Notes under the pieces: model-generated | Database searches by the model: none | What the model was told of the DNA's origin: nothing | The model's input: the letters and a program-made list of their open reading frames with translations, nothing else | Shown: piece by piece, positions 12,977-26,530 of the stretch | Layout: each line of letters opens with the position of its first letter | Position numbering within the stretch: the stretch's first letter is position 1 | Program-made: the position numbers and the translations under genes | Origin: Parasitella parasitica NRRL 2501 | Taxonomy: Eukaryota > Fungi > Mucoromycota | Assembly: GCA_025201805.1 (NCBI GenBank) | Contig: MU619369.1 | Location: 4,672-68,671 of the forward strand | Direction: 5' to 3' | DNA length: 64,000 nt

Positions 12977-15900
12977 ATGTCCGAAAAACGTAGCATAAAG
13001 ACCAACAATGGCGACGAGAAGAGTAGTAGTGTACTTTCAAGACCGCCTCTGAAAAAGAGGTTCGTGTTAGGATCCGGTACAACATCGACCGTTAGAGATC
13101 CGCACCCACCAAAAAGACAGGCGTTTGCTAATGTAGGAAACACCCAGATTAATCCCCTATGATTTGATCCGTATTCATCAAACTACCATAGAAATTGCCT
13201 GATAATCTGTCAAAGAAAGAGCTGCTGGAACACATGTATTCAGTCAAAGTAAAACCACTGACCCCAAGTATTGACCGAAACTTAACCACGTATGAAATGT
13301 AGAATGCTTACATTCAAGAAAAGCAATACTTGGGCCAATTGAAAGATAATGCCGCTGAAGCAAATGCGCTATATGGCGCTATTAGGTTACAATTTACGAT
13401 GGTAAGGATATTTTATTTTCTGATCTGTTGAACAAATCGCGAGAAAATGCAGGAAACTTACCACTACTTTCATTGCCATAATCACTACTATGGCTGTTGA
13501 AGCTCCGCGATGAACTTGCTGCATTTCCTGCGATTGGCAACTTACCAGGTATTATATCATCAGCATGCAGTCTTGACAATGTTGACGTTTTAGTACAATC
13601 ACATAGGCGAGAGTGAAAATAGCAGCATAGCGAATCAATTGAAGCAGGTGTGCTTAAAAATCACTGAGAAAATCCAAAGTTGGAACGCACAAACGAATCA
13701 ATTGATGTCGGCCGAATTTCAAAGCGCAGGTAGATTGAGCAAAGTGAAGTTTGGCAATATTTTTCCAGGTTTTTTTTTTTAAAAAAAAAAAAAAAATGCA
13801 TGTAGATTTGGAGAAGCAAGGCCAGACCTTGTCAAACTATATTCGATTTGATATGGAGCAGCTTGTAGCTTCGGATCCTGGGACCACCGTCAATTCTCTC
13901 AGACAAGCAAACGAAACGAAATTGAGTCTCATAGCAAAGACCACGAGCGACATTAAATCTACTCTTGGCCACCTTGAGAAATCAAACGATTTACTTGAAA
14001 ATTGTGTACAGTCTATTGCTTCCATTGAAAAGCGTCAAGATCGACTGCAAAGCGATGTGGTCGCCTCTGCACTTGGCTCCCTATCGACATCCACACCTGT
14101 CGGCGACAAAGAAGTAGACATGACAGAACAACCAGATGAACTACCGCAACGCACTCAAATGGACAAGCTAATTGAATGTCAACAGCTATTGGCATCTCGT
14201 AACCAAGAACTGGCCCAAAATCAGCAGGACAGAGAAGAGCTACATTCTAGACTTGATGATCTTCTGGATAGATTAGCAAGACTAAGCAGCGATTACATCA
14301 AATATAATTCAATTTATGTCAATCATTTGCAATTTATGGATGAATTAGAGTGCAATCTGGCAGATTACTACGAGCAAAGGAGGATCCATTTACTGAAAGA
14401 AGAGGACATTTTCTCAAGAGAAAGGGAACAATTGGTTAACCAACAAAAGTCTGAAATGGCGTCAAGAGAGGCCATGTTCGCAAATGAAACAAAACGCTTA
14501 CAAGAAACCTTAACCCGGATTCGTCATAATCGTGATGAGCTGCAACACGTTTTCCAAAGACGCGTGATGGAAGAAAAGGAAGCGAGGGCGTACAATGACC
14601 AAATAATAAAGGTCGCCGACGAACAGCAGGTACGTGGAAAATATGCATATTTTGTGTTGCCATAGAGATTATATATACAGACGGTGGTTGTGACCAATGT
14701 GCTATTTTAGAGCCGCATGGTTGAATTGGAACAAGATGTATTACACAAGCGCCAAGCAATGGACACGGAGACATTACTGCCAGACGATTATCTAAACTAT
14801 CGTAAGTTGAAACTGCAGATAGAGTAAGTTTTAATTTACTGGCGAATGTGTCTTATCAGAGCGAAGCATATTATTTATTATTACTTGCAGGAAAACACAT
14901 GGCATCTTGCATGGTTTACGGCAGCACAAACAAGTAAATAATGCCCAGCGTGTTATGGATTCGCCACTCATGGACATATTAAATTTACTCATCCTACACA
15001 GACAGCAGCTAGAATTGCTGATTCTTTTTTACGAAAACGTTGGTGTGCTTGGTTTGGCATACAAAACAGGAGAAAACTTACACGCGCGGTTTATTTTTAG
15101 ACTGAATTGGACCTTTATGCCCAAATGGATTACGACGGCAGCGCCATTGAACGCCGAATACCCCTTATACAACGTCAGATCAATGATAAAAGAGCCCACC
15201 AACAAAAGCTGCAGGCAGAGATAAGCAAATTTGTATCCTCAAATGCAAAGCTGGCAGACAAAAAGCATGAAAATGACATACAGTACGCACAGCACCGACA
15301 TCAAACCCAATTGCATGAGAAATCCATCTCGCATTTAGATGAGAAAATAGCATCAATCGAAGCCGAAATCGTGAGTTTATGCTTTCTTTTGTTTCTGAAA
15401 ACCAAAACAAAAAAAAAAGCTCCAATGATTCATATATCGTGAATATAGATGGAAAAGGAGAAGGACCTTGGACAATTAGAGACCAATGTGGAACATTACA
15501 GATTGACATTTGATGATATTTCTCAGGAGAGCAATGAGCTACAATCGAATTATGAGAAATACGAATCGCATTTGAGCCAGCTGCTAGATATGGCAAAGGA
15601 AAAAAACAAGATTTTAGAGCAGGAAACGCTGCTCGTCCAGCAAGCCAAGAGCGAGCATGAAAAGTTTCTGAAAAGATGGAATTTGATCCAGCAAGGCGAA
15701 AATCCAGCGTCGCAAGAGTTAATTGATGAAGTGGAGGAGCTTCGGGTACGTTTTGATGGTTGCACATAGACGACGTCGCATTTACCAAAAGTCAACAGGC
15801 ACACTTTAAATGCAGTGCTTGCAAGACTCGCACCAGGGAATGTATTTTGACTAGCTGTATGCATACATTCTGCAATGAGTGTATAAGAATTCGATTGGAA

Positions 15901-15981
15901 ACCAGACAGCGAAGATGCCCCTCTTGCGCGATTACCTTTGGAGCCTCTGATGTCAAGGGTATTTGTTTGTATGGCAAATAA
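12977..15981 (+). CDS. BRE1: Bre1-like coiled-coil C3HC4 RING E3 ligase, multi-exon
   Basis: N-terminal PPLKKRF; long coiled coils; C-terminal RING CSACKTR...CMHTFCNECIRIRLETRQRRCPSC...FGASDV, typical of Bre1. Confidence 0.8.
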
Positions 15982-16175
15982 AATAATATGACCCCCTCCT
16001 TTTTTCATCTTAGACAAAACCAATGATGATGAAAACAAAAATTCCTTCTCGAGTGCCTGAACACCTCCTTAATAGTTTGTGTAATTTTATGCACTAAAAA
16101 CATATATAAATGGCCAAGTTCCTTTCTCGTTTTTTTAACTGCCCTTTTTCTGGATAATCATATTAAATTCTAAAA

Positions 16176-16424
16176 ATGAAATTATACGCTCTTATTTTGA
16201 CCATTCTTTCTATCCAAATTGCTCTTGTTTATGCCGCTGAACGCAAAGCTCAACTTTCTCGCCGCAATATTAAAAAATATCTCGCAGAAGAAACTACCAT
16301 CGAGGAACGTTCAATTGATCATGGTTTGTATCTGATAAAAAAGTCAGTGCGTGCATAGAAACTTACTCGTTGGTCTCTTTTAGACAAGCGTGGTTCCGAC
16401 AGATGCCCTTGGATACGTTGTTAA
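16176..16424 (+). CDS. Small secreted prepropeptide F (63 aa, 2 exons); predicted mature peptide GSDRCPWIRC
   Basis: Signal MKLYALILTILSIQIALVYA; pro-region AERKAQLSRR...; predicted 60-nt GT-AG intron at 16324-16383; exon 2 gives DKRGSDRCPWIRC*; TATATAAA at 16103-16110. The intron is inferred; the unspliced frame stops at 16358. Confidence 0.7.
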
Positions 16425-16749
16425 ATATTTGCCAGCACTACTATCAATGTCATTGACATATGTACTATTAGATCCATGTAAAATTCCTTGAGAAATAAAT
16501 GTCCCCTGAACGAGGGCTATCATGTAATAATAAAATACTTTGTAACATTAGCCCTATTTTAGAATGAGTCACTACGGGAGGATTCAGATCCAGGAGTGAA
16601 CACATTTATACAGACTAAATATTGGCTTTAAACCAGACAAGTAAAAAGGAGAAACTTGTAATATGTGTATATCTAGGCTATAATCCAGCATAATGGGGTT
16701 TTGTCTCTCTTTTTTTCCATCTCTTTTTCCATCCTATTTAACACATATT

Positions 16750-16968
16750 ATGAAATCGTCCGCATTATCACTTCTTGTGTTACTACTGTCATCGTCTGCC
16801 ACTACTGTTATTACTGCACTTCCAGCGCCAGAGCCACAGCAACAGCCAGCCATTATAGCCCCAATGGACATTGCAACGCCAGTGAAGCAAGATACTGACC
16901 AGATAAACAGAATTCTTCATGAAGGCACACTATTCCTGAGTTTCCCTGATAACGGTCCAGAGGAATAA
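16750..16968 (+). CDS. Small secreted protein G (72 aa)
   Basis: ATG at 16750; signal MKSSALSLLVLLLSSSATTVITA followed by LPAPEP; acidic end DNGPEE; no KR site. Confidence 0.7.
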   Translation: MKSSALSLLVLLLSSSATTVITALPAPEPQQQPAIIAPMDIATPVKQDTDQINRILHEGTLFLSFPDNGPEE

Positions 16969-17312
16969 ATTAATAATAAATCTACATTTTTCACATCGTC
17001 CATGTACATTGCTATATTTTACCACATTTATTAACGGGGTCAATTTTTTAATTTGTATAAATAAATGTACCTTGCAAATTGTCTTTGTGTATAAACATTC
17101 CTTCAGTATCAAGCATGGTCAGCGCCTTGAAGTTTTTTAGTGGCTAGGGGTTCATATTACTTTTCATCATACTAGACGTATGAAAAAAGGTTGCTAAATT
17201 ACTGCCACATACCAACTGATAGTACTATATAAACACTTACATTCATGCCCTTTCTTTTTTTTTTTGTTTTTCTGTCCAAGTATTCCATACACAAGCTCAT
17301 TCGTCCTTATCG

Positions 17313-17963
17313 ATGCGCATTTCATCTGTAATTTTGTCAATTAGCATAGCACTTGGTGTAGTTTACGCTGTTGAAAGTAATCACGAAAAACAAACACTGA
17401 TTTCTGATTATGGACTAAAGAAAAGATCGACACTGATAAAACGTGATTATGCTACGACGTTAAAATATCTGCGTGCTGCCATGGCCAGTTATCGAAAAGA
17501 TGCCGTGACTCCACCTTCTGCTGCATTCGTGCAGTTAGAACAGAGTTTGTCTCCTCAACCAGTCAAGGCAGCACAACCACCGCCAGAAGTAGTGGACCCT
17601 GTTTGGGCGGTAGAAACAGAACCCATGCCATCACCTTCTAAGCAGCAAGTTATATCATCACCAGCTACGCCTGAACTACAAGGTCCTCAGCATTTGGATG
17701 CACCTGAACCGTCTACGCCTGATTGGGAAGCCTCTTCTCCTTCCCCCGACTCGTCCTCTTCTTCAATCGATTCTGCTACACCCCCTGAACAGCCTGCGAA
17801 TGAGAAATCTGCCTCTCCAGAATTAGTCAATGAGAGAAAAGAAAAGAGCCTTCCTATCAACGCAGATATTGAAGAAGATGATACTTTTGATCCAGAAGAA
17901 GACCCAGATGATGTTGACGACCCTCCCATTGTGAACGGAGTAGCAGTAGATAGAGAAGAGTAG
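17313..17963 (+). CDS. Secreted Pro/Ser-rich preproprotein H (216 aa) with acidic tail
   Basis: Signal peptide; KKR and LIKR sites; Pro/Ser/Glu-rich body; D/E-rich C-terminus; TATATAAA at 17226-17233. Confidence 0.85.
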   Translation: MRISSVILSISIALGVVYAVESNHEKQTLISDYGLKKRSTLIKRDYATTLKYLRAAMASYRKDAVTPPSAAFVQLEQSLSPQPVKAAQPPPEVVDPVWAVETEPMPSPSKQQVISSPATPELQGPQHLDAPEPSTPDWEASSPSPDSSSSSIDSATPPEQPANEKSASPELVNERKEKSLPINADIEEDDTFDPEEDPDDVDDPPIVNGVAVDREE

Positions 17964-18852
17964 TTCGTTAGCCAATAAAATTGCATGCCATCATATCATA
18001 CTATTCGGCTGTTTGTCCTGCACATAATCAAATGAGTGTAGACACTAATGCTCTGACATACATGCTATCACATCATTCTCTCCTATAGTAATGCAGAGAA
18101 CTGTTGTCTCGTATATTTGGTGAGAAAGATTCACAGGTTACAGAAAAGAAGGGGTTTGTAGAGTGAGTGTGATGTGGCAAGGTAGCATTATGGTGTCTAA
18201 AATGCAAACACTAGCATAAAATGTTATCCTGCACGGTCAATCCAATATTCTTTGTTTGCCTCAAGTATAAAGAATATATGGCAGATTAGGTGGGTGTGTT
18301 TGTTTGTTTACCTCTTGGAACAATAAGACTTGTACATGTACACTATATAACTGCCTTTTGCGCCTTTTCGTTTTGGAGTATCAAGAGACACGGCAGACGT
18401 AGGCTTCGTTGGAAGGGGAAAGAGATGTCTTTGCTCCTATGTTTGATATTTGATAGTATCATGATGGTTACGGTGATATTTGCTGATACTTTTGCTGGAT
18501 GAAATGCGTGACAACCCACGCCTCCCCCCCCCCCCTTGACCCCCTTTCACTTTCATTGATCGATGTATGCTTGATGATTGCTTTTCACAGGCTATAAACT
18601 TCAAGAGACGTTTGGGTCGATATATATATATGGACAGGAAAAAACTTGTATCAGGAAAATGCTACGTAATATTTCTTTACATTGTGCCTTTAGCTTATTT
18701 ATACCTCCCCCGTATACATGGCGCCAATCCTGGTTAGCGGGAAGGGGGGGGGGCAAATGCAGCGATATTTTGAGGAGAGAGCCTTCGCCGAAAACATATA
18801 AAAAGAGGGACTTTTGAATGAATATTCAATAAACCAACATCTCTACAACAAA

Positions 18853-19290
18853 ATGACAAGAATCATCGTCTTATTGTTTGCCATGGCCATTATGGTCTCA
18901 TCATGTCTTGCTGCTGGCAGTATTCAGAGAAAGGCTCGCCTTTCAAGAAGAGAAGTTCCCGATGCAAAGACTGCAGTCAAATTGGCTCAATTTGGCGTGC
19001 ACAACATGCTGGGTATTGCAACAACGACTACAAATCAAGAGTTACATCTTTTCCAACCAAAGACACCACCAGCCACTGCTTCTGGAAATACCGGTGCTCC
19101 TGCTCTAGGTAATGCTGCCGCTACTCAAGACAAAACTGCTGCTGAAGGCGATGCTGCTGCTTCTACTGAAAGCAAAGCTACTACTTCTCCTGCCAAGGAC
19201 GGCGCTGCTGCTGATGTTGAGGATGGAACTGATGCTACCGCTGAAAGTGGCGATGTTCAAGACGAAGCTGGAGAAGACACTAGCTCATAA
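18853..19290 (+). CDS. Secreted Ala/Thr-rich preproprotein I (145 aa) with acidic tail
   Basis: ATG at 18853; signal MTRIIVLLFAMAIMVSSCLA; pro-region AGSIQRKARLSRR; acidic Ala/Thr/Asp/Glu C-terminal half; TATAAAAA at 18797-18804. Confidence 0.85.
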   Translation: MTRIIVLLFAMAIMVSSCLAAGSIQRKARLSRREVPDAKTAVKLAQFGVHNMLGIATTTTNQELHLFQPKTPPATASGNTGAPALGNAAATQDKTAAEGDAAASTESKATTSPAKDGAAADVEDGTDATAESGDVQDEAGEDTSS

Positions 19291-19586
19291 GTTTGAAAGA
19301 CACTCTAAAAGTCTGATTACATTTTGTTACTGAACATACATATACTCGAACAAATTAATTTTAATACTATAATAAAAACATTTTCACTTATAAATGTTTG
19401 CTGTCACCAGGTGGAATAACTGAGCATGCATGCAAAATTCATGATTGTCCAATTCAGTTCAACCACATATGGGCTTGCCTGGAATGACCTGATTTCCGGG
19501 TCGGTCCTACACATGTTCATTTTAATGGAAACAAGTGATGGTTCAATTTCCTCTCTTTTTTTCCTTTAAACCTCATACATAACATA

Positions 19587-20420
19587 ATGGACAAACTTCA
19601 AAAATACTTGAAACCGCATCAGATCGTAGCCCTGATACTTTACCCAAGCACGGTGTTTATAGCATTTATATATTCCACCATTGGACACCCACCAGATTCC
19701 TATTTCAGTAACAAGCGTAATATTTTCAATATGCTCTTTGTCAAAATTGGGTGGTTCTGGGTGACGCTGGTGTATTTTGCATATCTGTATCTAGTTGCGT
19801 CAAAGCGCTTACAGAATACGCAAGCGTTTGTAGGAGGTGCTTCACGCTATGCACTAGTGACGTTATACTGGTACATCATGACACAATGGCTGCTGGGGCC
19901 AAGCTTCATTGACAGAGTCTACGTATTGACGGGCGGTAAATGCACTTCCTTGCTTCAAGATACTAAATTGAATGCAGATTTGGCCATGGTAGTTCAGCAA
20001 CAAGTGTGTCGTAAGATGGGAGGTCAATGGACTGGCGGACACGATGTTTCTGGACATTGTGTTTTGCTGATTCACGCAAGTTTGTTTTTATGGGAGGAGT
20101 TAAGCTGGATGTTCTACAATGCAAAGCCATTTATTCAGATGAAGACACGCGAACGTGCCCAGTACTTTTCTGTGGTCAGCGTCTTGTTGCTTGCGTCATT
20201 GTGGTATTTGATGCTTTTCATGACCGGTGTATACTTTCATGGACACTTTGAGATCCTATCTGGCTCGATTTTTGGGATATTGGGCTGGGCATTATTAGTA
20301 CGTACAAATTACGCAAAAAATGTAAATTTCATATGTTTATTTTAATCAAATTTATAATAGTATCTTGGTGTATTCCCTAGGCTTCCAGAAATTGGTCTTG
20401 CGGCAGCAGCAATTCAATAG
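19587..20420 (+). CDS. SCS3: FIT-family acyl-CoA diphosphatase (Scs3/FITM2-like)
   Basis: YFSNKRNIFNMLFVKIGWFW; WLLGPSFIDRV; GGHDVSGHCVLLIHASLFLWEE; T.VYFH. One 3' intron, with final exon YLGVFPRLPEIGLAAAAIQ*. Confidence 0.9.
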
Positions 20421-20466
20421 ACATTTGTATAGTATAAATAAAACAAAACCTTTATAGATTTTGCTA

Positions 20467-23216
20467 CTACGTTTGTCTTTTCAGAAAATAGAGATATGCT
20501 TCTCCAATAGGTGGGTTCGGGGCAACGGCGACTTTGTTATCATTGAACAATATCCATTCGCCATCCTTGTAGACATGAGCTACGTAGTGACCGCAGTGAA
20601 CAGAAGTGCCCTTGTGAGATACAAAGGAATCCAGCTTGTAATTGAACGGAGGAGTAGAGTCTGACAATCAAAACAAAGCATGATTACAAATTCGCAGAAA
20701 AAGCAACAAGGTTCTACTTACCGCCGACAACTTCAGGCGAAGTGGCGTCGCTTGCAGCTTGTTCGTCCATTTCTCCATTGTCACCAGGATGACTAAACAG
20801 CCAATCCAGTGCTCTCTCTGTATCGTTATTCTATCAACCCATCCATATCAATTATCAGTCAACCATTTGTGAACCGTTACTCCCAATGCACACAACTTAC
20901 AGTCTCATGTAACGCCTTCTTTGCTTGCTGTGCTGTGAATCCCATTTCTTGCAATGTCGAAATTTGATCTTGAGTTGGCCCAGACGTACCTGTAGCAGCA
21001 GTATTATCGGATGAGGTGGGTAGAGGATCATCAATATCAGGATCCTCCATGTGCTCAAACATCCAGTTCATAGCAATGTCAGCGCCATTGTGACCAGTAT
21101 TCAACAGAGCTCTCTTGCAGCGGTTCTCAGAGAAGCCCATAGCTTTCAACTGGTCAATGTCATTCTGATTAAAAGATGGTCCTGAGCAAGTAGAGGGTTC
21201 AGCAATTTCTTCTGGCAATAACTCTTCTCCTGGCTGCTGACCCAGACCAAGGTATTTGTCAAGTTGTACTGATCCTCGAGGAAAGTTGATGGGAATATCT
21301 TTCAAACTGATAAATGTCACAAACCCCGTACGACATGTCAATACTTACTTAGTTTTTGAGGGACCCAATTGACGAAAGCAAAACGGCGAGGATTAATCAC
21401 CAAAATTTCAGGGAATGTACTAAATTTGACAGATCTACGTGTTGTATTATGATGAGACTTGCATGCAGCAAAGAATAATTAGTTTTTTTTTTTTACCTCT
21501 GAGCAATAGTTTTTTCGTTACAATTGGGACATTGGTATCCATCGACCGTCTCTTCTCTCACAAACACATCCAGGCATTCTGTGAAATCGACGGCTTCGTA
21601 CTCATTTTCAGTATTCTCCTTGAGACGAGCAGGCACTTCTACAGAGATGCAACTTGTCTTGTCCTTTTGATATCGAACCTTTTTACATTTCCCACATTGA
21701 AGGCGCTGTTCGGTGAAAAAATCGAACGCCTTTGTAGGATCGTACTTTGTGGTGTGTTCTCTTTGTTGAATTGTCTTGCACAAGAATTGGAAAAACTCAA
21801 ACGCATCTTGCTGGCGCATAGTGGAGAATTCCTGGTGGTTTTTACCGACAAGAGCCTTGAACATGCCCGGCGCAATGCCGTCTTGATATTGAACACCGTC
21901 ATCATTTGTCATGGGCTGAGAGTATCTTCCCGAGACCAGACCATCCGCTAGTTTGTGCAACTGGCAATGCCAGCAATTGGCAGGATCCGCAGTGCATGTC
22001 AGTGCATGATCGGATAGCTGTTGGTTGTATCTTGATTGAAACTGCTCCAGGTTGAACGCTGCCTGTAAAACGGATGCCATATAGCAACTGTTGCCTAAAT
22101 TCTTGAGTCCAGTATAACCAGCACCAAACTTGGGCTCCAACTGCTTTCCATCCTCGGTTGTCATGCTAAAGTCAAACTTCATGTTTTGCTCCAGTTGTAG
22201 TTCAATCATACTCTTCTCGGTCTTTTGCTGCTGAGCCACGTTGATACCCCAATTAGCTAGATGGGTAGCTAAATTATCGTCGACACGAGCATCATCACAG
22301 CTGTAGCAGTAGATATCCGCAGTACCTTCTGCTGTGATTGTTCCCAACTTCACATTGACGCCATGGCCTGTCTTTTCAAAATGTTCAATAGCGTGATTGT
22401 TGCCTCCAGAACCATCGTACTGTTTGCGACCACATCCCAAATTGCCGCAGACTAAACACAGCCATAAATTTTGATTCAGCTCGCAATCAGCGCAATGCGC
22501 TAGATCTTGGTTCTGCAATTGTTTGGGCTCTTCTTGGACCAAGCACAATGTATGTTCACAGGGGGTGATCACCTCTTCCCAAGCCTTTACCTCAGATTGC
22601 TTGGCAGATGACAGAGATTTCATCACCGCATCAACCATTGCATTCAACTAGATACAAGCCTCAAATTTAATTTTCTTGCGTGAGCTACCAACAAAAGACA
22701 TACCTTGGGCGTAGCCGCTTTGGATTCCTCAGTATTGCAAGCGTAACATCTGACACTAGTGGCAAACTCGTACGTAGGCTCTTCATTCTCCATTACAATA
22801 GCAATTTTGGTGATTTTTTGAGGTGGCGCGTCTTCGTCGCTCTATCAGGCGTTTAGTTTTCAAGTGGACTTTATGCATAAACATGCAAAACAACTTACTC
22901 GTTTGTTGGGATTGGTGACAGTAATGCGACGAATATTAACAGCTAATGGATGGCCTGTGAGCTGACTATGAGTCAGAGCGTGGTGTCTGTCTTTATCCAA
23001 ACAACCACCGTTGAAACATGTTAGACAGACATCAATGCCTTCAGGGCCATCCTATGATGTAGTGTTACGTAGTTTTATCAGAGATGGATGGCACATCAAT
23101 CCAACGTTCTGTTTTCCTACCTGATTATCAAAGCATTGGGTACATTCTTCTTTGTGTACTTGGATGAATTCTGAAGGTGGGTTTAGCGTAGCCTTGTTGA
23201 TATGAGAGCAAACCAT
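20467..23216 (-). CDS. UBP14: Ubiquitin C-terminal hydrolase 14 (USP5/isopeptidase T), multi-exon
   Basis: ZnF-UBP NLWLCLVCGNLGCGR; Cys box TGLKNLGNSCYMASVLQ; two UBA domains (MGFS, MGFT); His box SHKGTSVHCGHYVAH. Confidence 0.95.
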
Positions 23217-25778
23217 GATGAGACGAAAGAAAAGCAAAATGAGTTCTATCGCGTACATGAATGGCATTTTGTATTTGCATAGTCACGGAACATCATAATA
23301 AAAGGTTCAAGTGCTGTCATTTTGCATTTTCTGAAAAAAAAAAAAACGTAAATAAATGATAAAGGTCATGGCGATTGCGATAACATATATTAGGGTTTCT
23401 GGTAACAAACCTTTCATTTCTGATAAAAGCCAAGAAGTTTCTGAGACAACAGAAATGTTTCCCTGTAAATATTCTATCCATATTTAGAGAAAAAGTGTAA
23501 TTGCTTTGTTTCATACATAGTGAGAATACAAAGAAACGATGTTTTGAAATAAGCTAACCACATCATATCGTAAAGCCCAACGTAGTCTTTGAAAAAAGGT
23601 TATGGTTGTCTATTGACAAATGCTTGTGATTCTGGGTGTAAGTCTTTCTGTTGACTTTGGATCAAAAACTTTTAATTGGATTCAGGAACGGGGAACAAGG
23701 TTGAAGATAAATACATTTATGTCCTTGAGATTTAATCAATCTCTATACAAATACTTTTTTATGAATGGGTTAGGGCAGATTGTTTCCTTTTCTCTGGCTT
23801 TTTCTTACACCTTCAGTTGATCTGGCGTCTTCTAGTGTAGAGGGTCTTGTCAGACAAGTGCCAAACTGGGTCCTCTATATCCAGTTGTACAGTAAAACAG
23901 CTAATTAAACCTGTGCCATCTTTTCCATAATATTGGAATGGTTTAAAAATACCATATGTGTCTTTGCAAAGCCAGCGTAGATTTTAGGCACCTGATTTTT
24001 TTTTTTTTTTTTTTTTGTGTGCTATTATCAGAAAATAAACAAAAACAGTAAGAAAACAATGCTTAGCGATCTCAAACACAAAAAAAAGTAATGCAAAGTA
24101 ATGCATTAGACTATAAGGCACCTTTTGATTAAATATTTGCATAACTTAGAGCAAGTTTTTGTACTTTTCAAGTTGACATCAGACGAAGGTGGCGACTTTT
24201 CTGAGTATTTTTGGAAAAGTATTTTTCAAAATCGGAGCGTGAGATCGTCAGGCCAGATGAAGACATGCAAGTACTACCATTAGAAAGCCAAAAAGCACAC
24301 CATTTGAACAAACTTAATCACCATTGTTTTTCTCTTGAATTGAGTAAGCTGTGGCTTCTCAAAGCTAACGCGTTCTTCAAAAAAAACGCCATTTTTCTTT
24401 GATAGCGGAGACTAAAAGCATCCAAAAACAGGAAGAAAAACTTCTTTCAAAAACTCCATTTGGACAATTAGAAAACAAAATTACTTCTTTGAGGCAAGAT
24501 ATCATCTTCTGATACTATGCATACCACGGCTGTCAGTTTATGATAGTAGCTGTATATTTGGGCACGCTACACGATGGTGTTATTTTCATAATCCCCGTAT
24601 GTCTATGGAAGGAATCCTGCCGAAAAATCTGAAAAACAGATTAAGAGGGAAAAGTCGACATTTTGCTTAATCAGAGCGCATTTCCAGTCTTTCAGATCAA
24701 GGAATGGTCTTTTACGATCATTTTCTTCTAATATATAATATAGTAAAAAGTTGCATTTCTGAGGTCAAAATCGAGAATAATGCACAATCGATGATTTTGG
24801 ATGGGTGGATACAAGGGAAAAATCGAAAAAATCCGTGATTTTGCATCGAAAAAAAAATCATGCTCAAATTGCACCAAAATCATATATAATATAGTGTTTT
24901 ACCAATCGATACTATTTTTCGTGTTTTCAGGGCACTTTTGATTATGGAAATTAATCAAAAAATGGCTCACGAAGCTAACGTTTTTGCTTTTAAGCCGTAA
25001 AAATATCTTTCTGGAGGTGCTATCACGTCAATATCAACTCTAGTACATGACACAGCTTTATAAAGCAAGTATTTTGATGCCACAAGTATACGTTTCTTCA
25101 TAGTAATATGATCAAACAGGTGCGGCTCATCGAGTTGGAAGCAGAAGAGAATAATTAATGAAGACAATTTTTTGCTGTAATAACCCCTTATTTGTGAATA
25201 ATTCATATAAGTTACTAATTGTTAGTGACAGAGAAGCTCTATTACCATTGTTGCTTATAATAATGCTTAACGTCTGTTCAAAAGCTCCTTTTTTTTGTAA
25301 TTCTAACGCTAAATATGCAAAATAGAAAGTAAAATAGAGTATTACTAACAAAAGTTACGCTTCATAATCAGCTTCTGGTAAATTCCAGGTTCCAGGCACT
25401 GTACTGTAGAGTATCAAATTCTGAATAGGGGATAATTCGTTATACCAAACACATTTTTGTACACCAAACCGTCTCCAAAATATCTCACTATACCAATTAT
25501 CTAAAACGGATTTGCATTGCATGAAAAAGGAATTTGAGACAAGTTTGTATAGGCATTATGTTGAAATGCTACCACCAATTTGCTAGATAAAAAGCATTTT
25601 TTAAACTTCATCTCTACTTCATGCTGACCAATGCTATTTTTCTCAATCGCCCAATGTTCATAGAATCCTTTAAAATCGATAAATGTGAATCCAACAATGA
25701 CTAATTTTGGAATATCTACTGCAAAAAGCATCGTTTATTTATTATGAGCCTATCTTAATTTGTATCAAATGTTGATTT

Positions 25779-26317
25779 TTAATGTGATCTCTTCTTTTCC
25801 AAATACCAAATACTATGTGGTAAAAATCATTGAGTCAAAACCATGAAACAAAGCTCTCTTTTTTTTTTTTTTTCATAGCTTACCTGTTGGTAGCGAATGC
25901 TAATGGAGCAATAGGCTCATCCTGGATTAAAAAATCTCAGTACATTAATGCGTTTTATACGTAAAAGCAATGAATATTTACACTTTGTCCTCTAAGTGAT
26001 CCAGTCAAACGTCTATCACGTTCCATCATTTGCTTCTCCCAGGTATCAAGTCCAAATCTCGTAGGCTAAGTTTATCTAAATGTCAGTGATTTCTTTTTTT
26101 TCTTTTTTTTTTAAATGAGCTGTCAATTGTCTATTCTCTGACCTTTTTATCATTGGAAATGTATCTAGTAACGTTCAAGCCTGTTGCAGTGACGGCAAAC
26201 ATACCGGAAATAATGACAAAAGGAAGGAGTGATTCAAAAGGTACAGGCTATAAAAAGAGCACACAAATCATTAAAATTCGAGAATTAATATCTTGTATTG
26301 CGAAAGCATGCTACCAT
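25779..26317 (-). CDS. NDUFA1: Complex I accessory subunit NDUFA1 (MWFE-like), 5 short exons; absent from the ORF track
   Basis: Spliced by eye: M|PVPFESLLPFVIISGMFAVTATGLNVTRYISNDKK|PTRFGLDTWEKQMMERDRRLTGSLRGQS|DEPIAPLAFATNS|IWYLEKKRSH*. This matches the fungal MPVPFE...MMERDRRLTG pattern. Confidence 0.88.
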
Positions 26318-26530
26318 ATTTTATAATTTTGCTGGATAGAAAGAGATGGGGGTAGTTGTTATAGAGAGAAGATGAAGGGCGGGATATATAAAAAAAACAT
26401 ACCATTTAGGAGGCAAGGTTAGTTGCCAGTCTGTCTGATGACGTCTAGGTGGCGTCGTTTGATGTCTCTTCTGAGGCAAGATACTTTAATAACTACCCAA
26501 CTTGCTTGATGCATGATAAAATACCACAAA

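Noticed and set aside
23300-25770. Gene-poor 2.5 kb with short ORFs and weak repeated or inverted motifs near 24780-24960 and 25426-25470
   Set aside because: Could be TE or pseudogene debris, but no paired TIR or recognisable protein motif could be established.
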